A stretch of DNA of 63,992 bases, the filler included, from Licmophora abbreviata (lineage: Eukaryota): the NCBI GenBank assembly GCA_900291995.1. It is 7 parts of 7 records of this genome, joined end to end, with 100 filler letters (N's around TTAATTAATTAA, not from the genome) between each part and the next. Parts side by side here need not be neighbours in the genome. Positions count along the whole stretch, not along the records: positions 56,113 to 62,820 come from OLMU01003067.1; positions 62,921 to 63,992 come from OLMU01003106.1; 5 more parts are not named here. The stretch is one strand, 5' to 3'. The notes under the pieces were generated by a model. That model was not told the origin of the DNA, ran no database searches, and saw only the letters and a program-made list of their open reading frames with translations. The stretch's first letter is position 1. Every line of letters starts with the position of its first letter. Positions 56,439 through 63,992 of the stretch are shown in pieces. The translations under genes were made by a program, and so were the position numbers.

Positions 56439-57923
56439 ATGAACACTACAATTTTCGTCCATCAGAAGCTACTGTCGTCGTGGTCTGCCTCGCTATCATC
56501 GTCATCACTACTCTTCCGTCCTTGCAGTACTATAAGGACTACGCCAGCGGCTCTTTGGACAGTACCACCACGACAACGCTTCTTATCGTCGTCGCTTCCG
56601 TTCACGGTTTCAAGAACGAGAAACGAAACGAATAGGGCATCGACTTATTCCCAACCCGCCGCACTTTTCTCTGCTCCCCTAGTAATGCAACCAAACATTC
56701 TGGAAACCTGGAACAAACCGACGACAACAACAACAACGAACGACACCGAGCATTCTACTAGTAGCAACAACATGACAGATCATCACACTGACATTGAAGA
56801 GTTGCATCAGATTGCACTCCGACAAGGCTCCACCACCTACGTAGACCCCCAGACGGGCTTTACCGTCTTTACCGAACTTTCTCACTTGAAACGTGGAAAG
56901 TGCTGTGGCAATCGATGCCGTCACTGTCCCTACGGATGGTCAAATGTTCGGAGTAGTAGCAGTGTAGCATCACGACCCCCCATTGTGCAGAGTGGTAACC
57001 TTGTTGCAGTCCAACAGCGTCTGGAGCGATTGTTGCAAATGACGACGACAAACCATCGCCCTTCGAACAGTGATGCTTTTGCAATATCGTCGGGAGTGCA
57101 TCAGTCGCGACCCAATGACGAGTATCCGGAACAACTTGCTACCAACATTGAGTCATCCAAAAGGAGGAACAACTCCACAACAACATCCTCATTCACGACA
57201 CCGCCAATGGGCAAGGGCGGGAGGCATGGTGGTACGCACACGAGTAAGAATGTGCCATATACAAGGGGTGGAGACAAGGGTACAGCACAGCTGTTGACGG
57301 GAGAACGCCGTTCCAAGGATGATTTGGCTTTTGAGGCAATGGGAACGGTCGATGAACTGTGTTCTTTTGTCGGTGTTGTACATGCCGAACTACAATGTGC
57401 TGGTGAGGATAGTACAACGCGGGATTTGCAAGAGTGGTTGTTGGAAATTATGAGTCGATTGTTTGATCTCGGAAGTCATGTGGCCAAGCCGAGGAAGACA
57501 AAGAAGAAGACGGATCAACACGACGACGATGACGACAATGGATTCACTGCAGATGGCGTCGGCGGAGGCTTTCATCAGAATCACATTGACCAATTGGAAG
57601 AGTGGATTGACGACTTGACAGAACAACTGCCCGAACTTACGTCGTTTATACTTCCAACGGGAAGCAAGGCCTCCGCGCAGCTGCACGTTGCACGCACTGT
57701 ATGTCGCCGTGCGGAACGACGCGTCGTGGGGTTGGTCGAAATTCAAGTTTGCGACCCCACCGCCCTACGCTATCTCAATCGACTCTCGGATTTCTTCTTT
57801 GTGGCAGCCCGATGGGCCAACTATTGTCAGGGACGGGATGAAATTCAATATCGACGCGAAACGCGGAGTACCAAACAACGCAATCGGCACACCGTATCTC
57901 TCACGATGGATGACGACGAATAA
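56439..57923 (+). CDS. MMAB: PduO/MMAB-type ATP:cob(I)alamin adenosyltransferase with N-terminal DUF5522 (C1orf53-like) Cys-rich domain
   Basis: [67 protein letters not shown]. Upstream [33 protein letters not shown]. Ser/Arg-rich presequence. One continuous ORF. Confidence 0.92.
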   Translation: MNTTIFVHQKLLSSWSASLSSSSLLFRPCSTIRTTPAALWTVPPRQRFLSSSLPFTVSRTRNETNRASTYSQPAALFSAPLVMQPNILETWNKPTTTTTTNDTEHSTSSNNMTDHHTDIEELHQIALRQGSTTYVDPQTGFTVFTELSHLKRGKCCGNRCRHCPYGWSNVRSSSSVASRPPIVQSGNLVAVQQRLERLLQMTTTNHRPSNSDAFAISSGVHQSRPNDEYPEQLATNIESSKRRNNSTTTSSFTTPPMGKGGRHGGTHTSKNVPYTRGGDKGTAQLLTGERRSKDDLAFEAMGTVDELCSFVGVVHAELQCAGEDSTTRDLQEWLLEIMSRLFDLGSHVAKPRKTKKKTDQHDDDDDNGFTADGVGGGFHQNHIDQLEEWIDDLTEQLPELTSFILPTGSKASAQLHVARTVCRRAERRVVGLVEIQVCDPTALRYLNRLSDFFFVAARWANYCQGRDEIQYRRETRSTKQRNRHTVSLTMDDDE

Positions 57924-57978
57924 TGCGGCCGTAGGAGTACTCGCGACGCTTTTGTAGATATCACAACATGATCGTTCT

Positions 57979-59766
57979 CTAGGTTGTTAATTGTGTCAGA
58001 CTCTCGAGCATTCGAGTACCTGTGCTATTGTGAATCACCAGCTCTGCATCGGTCGATAGATCCTCCAGTTCGTGAAACCAAAATCCCGCCGCCATCATGG
58101 TGTAGATGCCAATCATAAACATGCCCACCAACCAATTGGTCGTTCCGCCTTGAAGTACTGCAGCAACTGTAATAACACCAAAGAGCAGACATGCCGTCTC
58201 ATATCCCCGAAAGAAGAGTGTCATGGATCGGTCGACGAACATGCCAATTAGCACACACCCCGGCAGAACAAACAATGCAATCTGAATGGCACTGCCCACG
58301 GTGACTCCAACACACAAATCCATTTCATTGCGATATGCAAACAAGATGGCGCTGACTTGTTCTGCAACATTGGAAAAGAATGGTAAAATCACCATGGATG
58401 TAAAGACTTCCGAAATATGCATGCGGTATGCAAAGCCGTCAATTGTGTCGACAAGAATGTCGCTCATGGCCGATATACACAGCGTAATGATGAATAGCCA
58501 GACAATGCCTATGCGAAACGACATTTGCGCTTCTCCTTCGGGCTCGCCATCGAGACTGGTCAAGTCAAAAGTCTCAAGAGCGAGTGCAGCGTCTGACATG
58601 CGTGCCTTGTCGGGACGTCGCAACGGACTGGAGGCGACAGCTGTCGTTGATGCCTCAATGATGTGCTGATGGTCTGCTCCGCCATTGAGTGAGGACGTAG
58701 AACGATGGCCCAAGGAGCCTCTGCGACGATGCGCCACCGCGGTGTGACCATTCGATCCAATCGATGCGTGCGATGACGGCACTCCCCATTCTTCATCCTT
58801 CTTCGCTCGTTCCGTGCTACTCAGACTGCTTTCGTCTTCATCGGCAGAAGGCGGGCGCGCAAAGTTTGACAGTTCAATACTATTGCGTGGAGCCGGCTCG
58901 TAATCCAGTGCTCCCGCTTCTTTACGAAAGAGTCTGATGCAAAATAGATTACGCTTCGTTGTTTGCTTGCTTCGTGAAGCATTCTGTCGCTGCATAGCAT
59001 GAGGTGCCAAGAGCAGCGTGTGTTGTTCCGTCTCGTCGACATCGTCAAACTCTTCCTTGTGTGTTCCAAGTTGAAAGGTGAGATATGCCAAATACAAGAA
59101 CATCATGATGGCAGCATTGACACGACAAAATGCCAGTACATCGGACGATGGCACATTGGGATCGTCCGATTCGTTTCTCAGTTCACCGCTCATGACCAAC
59201 GCCACAGGAAAGAGACATCCCGCCGTCGAAGCGAGCAACATACCCACGGACACGTTGCCACTCGTAATGCGCAATTCTTGCACTTGCCACCTCAATCCAC
59301 CCACTAAACAAGAGACACCAAAGACAAAGAGCAAATTGGTCAACATGCTGCCCAGCATGGCAAGCTGCACGACGCGGTAGAAGCCAGCGCGCAATGCAGC
59401 AGTCGATATGAGTAATTCGGGAGCGTTGCCAAAGGTGGCATTGAGGAGTGCTCCAATCGTGCCATTGGTGTGGGCTGCGACTTGTTCTGTCACGTAGCTT
59501 AAGCGTTCCGCACAGGGAATCAGCGCCAAGCCGCTGCAAGCAAAGCATATGGGCTCTCCGAGCAGGCCTGTGGCATCTCCAATCAACGCCACCGGACCCA
59601 GTACTAGTAGCCACGTCAATTTTGTTTGAAACAAGAGTCCCGTCGACTGGCACAATTCTCGAAGGATCGAGGAGCGAGTACTGGCATCATAAGTAAAGGA
59701 AAGAGGCACCGCAGCAGGCGCGGGAGTCGCGAGAGTGGCGGCGGTCTCCTCTCGCAGCGGCGTCAT
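57979..59766 (-). CDS. CAX: Ca2+(cation)/H+ exchanger, CAX family
   Basis: GALLNATFGNAPEL, MLGSMLTNLL, YLTFQLGTH, ILPFFSNVAEQ, GSAIQIALFVLP, GGTTNWLVG. First ATG 59766. Confidence 0.92.
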   Translation of the reverse strand: MTPLREETAATLATPAPAAVPLSFTYDASTRSSILRELCQSTGLLFQTKLTWLLVLGPVALIGDATGLLGEPICFACSGLALIPCAERLSYVTEQVAAHTNGTIGALLNATFGNAPELLISTAALRAGFYRVVQLAMLGSMLTNLLFVFGVSCLVGGLRWQVQELRITSGNVSVGMLLASTAGCLFPVALVMSGELRNESDDPNVPSSDVLAFCRVNAAIMMFLYLAYLTFQLGTHKEEFDDVDETEQHTLLLAPHAMQRQNASRSKQTTKRNLFCIRLFRKEAGALDYEPAPRNSIELSNFARPPSADEDESSLSSTERAKKDEEWGVPSSHASIGSNGHTAVAHRRRGSLGHRSTSSLNGGADHQHIIEASTTAVASSPLRRPDKARMSDAALALETFDLTSLDGEPEGEAQMSFRIGIVWLFIITLCISAMSDILVDTIDGFAYRMHISEVFTSMVILPFFSNVAEQVSAILFAYRNEMDLCVGVTVGSAIQIALFVLPGCVLIGMFVDRSMTLFFRGYETACLLFGVITVAAVLQGGTTNWLVGMFMIGIYTMMAAGFWFHELEDLSTDAELVIHNSTGTRMLESLTQLTT

Positions 59767-60437
59767 GGCAATTTTATCTGTCGTCGTACTAGCCGCAGCC
59801 AAAAAGAAGTTTCTGCGGCGAATCTTGAGAATCTATTGGACTCACTAGCGAACCAGGGTCTGAACGAGATGAGAGAGGGATCAAATATACCGATGGAAAG
59901 GTAGAAACGAGCAAAGGAGAGACATCGACACACCGCCGTCCATCATGGTCGCGAACGTAGTGTGTCGAGAGTCATCCCGAGTCCCGGCGCGCGGAGCGCG
60001 ATATCGAATGTGTCTTTCTTTTGGTGCGTTGGGCCAAATTTGGTGTTCGTCAAGCTTGTTTGATAAATATCCACAAAATGTCATTTGCGAGAAAGGTATG
60101 ATATTACATTGAGGAGTACACTCATGTGACTTTTTTGTGACGGTTGAAGATTCGATTGATTCATTCGATCATTCCGGTGATGTGTCGGCGATGTTTCGAA
60201 TGTTGTTGTTGTTCCTGTCAAACCTCGACCGTTTGTCCTTTCTCACAACATCACTGTCTCGGCATTACGTATCTTGCAAAGTAAGGTCCAGTATTCCCAG
60301 GTAAGGGAAGAATAGCGAGGTGAACAAAGAGAGATCATTCAGCGCCAAGCTCACGCATCCATGCTCTGTGCTTCCTCGCTTCTGGCTTGACTTTTTTCGA
60401 CAGAAGTCATCTCGTCTAGTCGAACAACATCGTCATC

Positions 60438-61043
60438 ATGCCTCCCAAGATTGCCATCATCCAGTACTCTCTGTACGGACACGTCACGGCTCTGTCACGT
60501 GCCGTGGCAAAGGGCGTGGAAGCCACTGGCGCCTCGGTCGACATCTACCAAGTGCCCGAAACTCTACCCGAAGAAGTCCTCACCAAGATGCATGCCCCCG
60601 AGAAGCCTGACTTTCCCATCATGGAACCCTCCAAAATGGAAGACTACGATGGATTCATCTTTGGTTTGAGTGGGCGCTTCGGAACCTTCCCTGCCCAGAT
60701 GAAGGCCTTCATGGACTCGACGGGCGGACTTTGGCAAAGCGGGGCCCTCGTGGGCAAGGCGGCTGGCACCTTCACGTCGGTCGGCACCATGGGAGGTGGA
60801 CAGGAAACGGTCAACCTGAGTGCCATTCCCTACTTTACGCACATGGGCATGGTCTTTGTGCCGCTTGGATACGTGGAACCCAAGGTCTTTGCCCTCGACC
60901 AGGTGCACGGCGCTTCGCCGTACGGAGCGGGCACGTTCGCTGGTCCGGATGGAAGTCGAACGCCCACGGAATTGGAACTTGAAATTGCCGAGTCGCATGG
61001 CAAACACTTTGCCGGTATCACGGCCAAGCTTGCCGCCGAGTAG
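60438..61043 (+). CDS. wrbA: WrbA/Pst2-type flavodoxin-like NAD(P)H:quinone oxidoreductase
   Basis: IIQYSLYGHV, YQVPETL, RFGTFPAQMKAFMDSTGGLW..GALVGK, GGGQET, HGASPYGAGTFAG.DGSR. Confidence 0.93.
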   Translation: MPPKIAIIQYSLYGHVTALSRAVAKGVEATGASVDIYQVPETLPEEVLTKMHAPEKPDFPIMEPSKMEDYDGFIFGLSGRFGTFPAQMKAFMDSTGGLWQSGALVGKAAGTFTSVGTMGGGQETVNLSAIPYFTHMGMVFVPLGYVEPKVFALDQVHGASPYGAGTFAGPDGSRTPTELELEIAESHGKHFAGITAKLAAE

Positions 61044-61301
61044 AATGAATGCGCAAGTAGTAATGTTAAGATATGGAGAACCCATTTTTTGAAGCGCTAG
61101 AGGTTTAGAAAACGACCGAGTATCCTCTGCTACGATGGAGGTGCGGCGATCGGGACACGTCATTCCTAGATCTTGCTTGTACCTACGTGGTGATGGGCCA
61201 TCGGAACCCATCACAATCGCGTGGACACTCCCCACCTCACTTCAAGTTCTCCACCCATATTTCCGTCCCTTGTGCACATTATTTCCCACTCAACCGCAGC
61301 C

Positions 61302-62820
61302 ATGATGTGTTCCACTTTGTCCGTCTCGTCGTCGTTAGCGGCGGTCATGTTCGTTCTTTCTTTGCTATTGAACCATTCCGTTGCCCGAACATCGTCGTTT
61401 CAACCCGAGCTTTTGTGGTCAAGAACACTTCAGGGAAGTAGCGGCAAGATTGCAGAAGCAGGGCTTCGCAAAGGCAACGGAATTGTCCTGGCAGAGGACG
61501 AAAAGAGTCTGTGGGCCACGACGGAATCCGGCCGCATGCATAGGGTGTCGTTGGACAGTATACTGATAATGCTGACGACGATGAGGCTGTATTTGTTCCA
61601 CACCCAATTGACACGAGCCATGACACGGATTGCCGATCGTCAGTGGCGTTGCATCATCGTCAAGACGGATCTGTTGAATATGCCGTGTATGCTGTTCTGG
61701 ATGTTCCGACGTCGAGGTAAGAGCAGTGGTGGCACGACACAATAAAAGTTGCAAGTAGAAGCGCTGCCTGTTGTCTCGCGTAAACTCATCCATGCCTTGT
61801 TCGCTCTGTTTTTTCTCAGTGCCAAGGAAGATGTGAATTCACGTCTTATCGCTCTCGATGATGGTACCAACCAGCTATGGACTCGACATATCGCAGGCGT
61901 CGTTGAAGGAACACCGGTTGTCGCTTCCAATGGTGACCGTATATACGTTACTCACAATACCGCCGAGGGCGCTGTGGTCAGTGTGCTTGATGCCGCAGAC
62001 GGCAGTGCCATTGTCAAGCTGGAAGACGATCGCACTTGGGACCATTTCGAATACGGCCCCCCGACGCTTGTCGTAGATCAGAAAGGAGACGATCGAATCT
62101 ATTGGGGCGATTCGAACGAGCGAGGCTACGCGGTCGAGGGGCGCGTGCACGAACTGCTCTCAACAAACCTGACAACAGTCGATAGTCTTCGTTACTTTTC
62201 CAGTAGCACCAAGATGGCACCGACCTTTGGTTCCGACGGCTCCATGTGGATCGGTGGTAGAGATGCAACACTACATGGATGGTCGCCAACATCGGCAAAA
62301 CCCGTTTGGACGACGCAACTGAAGCGTAGTCTGCGGAATGAATCCTTTCGTAAGTGTCGCCTTGTCTATACTGATCATGGTTTTCAACTTGACGAGCCCT
62401 CACACAAATCTTCTTGCTTCTTTAGCCATCCTGAATCGAATCCTGGTCGCAGATAATTCGAATCAGCTTCTTGTCTCGTCAGCATCCAACAGCTTCCATT
62501 GTCTAGATGGAAATACTGGAGATGAACTGTGGAGCACTACAGTGGGCACAAGTGTGTACCTTGTAGGGGCCAAATATTCCCCGGCGGACAATTCCGTGTA
62601 CTCAATCCAGCACAATTCCGGAACTGTCATTCGGCAAGACGCTAGCTCGGGCGACGTTCAATGGGAATTCGATTGTCGCGACTATACGTCAAACCCGACA
62701 TGCTACAACAGCGTTGAAGCGGACTTTGTACTGAATCGACGAGGGACCGTCTTGTACTACGGCGACGTCTACGGCAACGTCATTGCGTTGGCGGCAGCAG
62801 AGAGCTCGCCTACCGCTTTC
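61302..62820 (+). pseudogene. Secreted PQQ-like beta-propeller protein, paralog of 38436-41636. Apparent frameshift near 61560 (pseudogene or assembly error). 3' end lost in gap. Introns 61717-61819, 62350-62425
   Basis: Shares GLRKGNGI, CRSSVA, YAVLDVP, RLIALD, GTPVVASNGDRIYVTHN, SLRNE, SVEADF and LYYGDVYG with the paralog. The conserved frame changes within 61544-61575 and no intron fits there. Confidence 0.65.
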
Positions 62821-62920
62821 NNNNNNNNNNNNNNNNNNNNNNNNNNNNNNNNNNNNNNNNNNNNTTAATTAATTAANNNNNNNNNNNNNNNNNNNNNNNN
62901 NNNNNNNNNNNNNNNNNNNN
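62821..62920. other. Artificial contig spacer
   Basis: 44 N + TTAATTAATTAA + 44 N. Confidence 0.97.
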
Positions 62921-63986
62921 AAAAGTCGCCTTGCATGGAACACGGCGGTGTCGTTCCCAAGAATTTCGCCGTTCGCGTACACGCCGTCAATCCATAGGCA
63001 TTGTCATTGCACAATCCCCATCCTCTAATCTTGCCTTCTTCAATCAATGTTTGCATACTGATACACAAGTCTTCAAAGGAAGTCGGAGATCCATTCATGC
63101 CCCCACGCCAATAAGGACTCTTGTCATTGTCAATATTGTAGGCAAGAGACTGACCCCAATTGGACTGTGGCGAGTACCGTTGCGGCCAGTGCAGTTGATA
63201 GACATCAATGTAGTCTGTTTGGAGTCGTTCGAGACTTCCGAGACAGTCGTTCTTGATATTGCGCGGCGTGACATTGCGTCCTCCTGTAATTTTGGTGGCA
63301 ATCACAAGGTCCTTTCGTGATATACCCCCACTCGTTCGACTCTGTTCCTGCATCCACCGACCAATGGTTCGTTCCGTATCTCCCTCGTACACTCGCTCGT
63401 TCGAGTCACTTGGAATAGGATACTGTTCTGCTACGTCTAGTAGATTGACACCATTCTTCACAATGGCCTCGTCCATGAGTTCGAAACACGTCTGTTCGTC
63501 GGGAGCGTTGAAATCCGAAGACACCCACCTTTGTGTACCAAGTCCGAGTTCACTCACAAGGATGTCCGTATTGCCCAATCTTCGATACTTCATGCCCTTG
63601 TTGTGTTTGACAATCTCATTGGTAGGCCCGTATGCCTTATTATTGTTACTTTTACTGGTAGTAGCGGCCACCGCGGCAGGAGGAGGAACGGGTGCCATGC
63701 CATCACCACCGCCTCCAAACAAACCACCAAACCAGCCACCGCCACTGGCACTTCCAGCCAAGAGGATGTTGCGACGACGGGGTGATGATGATAACAATGA
63801 GGAGGAGCGACGACGATGACCATCTTGTCGCCGTCGTCGTCGCACTACCGCATCATTCGAAGGTGGTACAAAGAGTGATGGGGTCATGACAAAGGCAGAA
63901 GAGAGCATTCCGCTACTCGTACTGCTCCAACAACAGCACAGAGCCACAAGAAGAGAGAGCGCTGGGTTGACAGTGATGACTTTCAT
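62921..63986 (-). CDS. Plastid-targeted aldo-keto reductase (Tas-like), 3'-partial
   Basis: Signal peptide followed by SSAF. MKYRRLGNTDILVSELGLGT, LLDVAEQYP, IATK, SLERLQTDYIDVYQLHWP, EGKIRGWGLCN. Confidence 0.9.
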
Positions 63987-63992
63987 GGCCTT

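Noticed and set aside
1571..57923. ACADSB and MMAB as a branched-chain/propionate metabolic gene cluster
   Set aside because: They are over 50 kb apart, separated by five artificial spacers and many unrelated genes.

Overview
Gene-dense eukaryotic nuclear DNA, most likely from a diatom. This is an inference from the short GT-AG introns of roughly 70-145 nt, signal peptide plus ASAF-like plastid presequences and a CPF1-type cryptochrome/photolyase. The window is seven contig pieces joined by six artificial 100-nt spacers (44 N + TTAATTAATTAA + 44 N), so adjacency across spacers is unproven. About 34 protein-coding loci were reconstructed by hand with exon boundaries. They include ACADSB, CPF1, UFD2, an SR protein, a nucleoredoxin-like protein, an S1 protease with Cys-rich tandem repeats, Sec14, PDZ-ferredoxin, UXS1, importin-5, Ku70, an STK11IP/nischarin-like LRR protein, BCP1, CAX, WrbA and an aldo-keto reductase. 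No rRNA, tRNA, CRISPR array or recognisable transposon was seen. The most interesting items are: (1) a cobalamin adenosyltransferase fused to a DUF5522/C1orf53-type Cys motif; (2) a candidate PTD/SPO16/FAAP24-like ERCC4-HhH protein; (3) an ankyrin-J-LOTUS protein; (4) a YqaJ/viral-type exonuclease; (5) two paralogous secreted beta-propeller genes, one frameshifted; (6) a UGT-fold protein with a degenerate signature. All family calls come from motif recognition by eye, without database searches.
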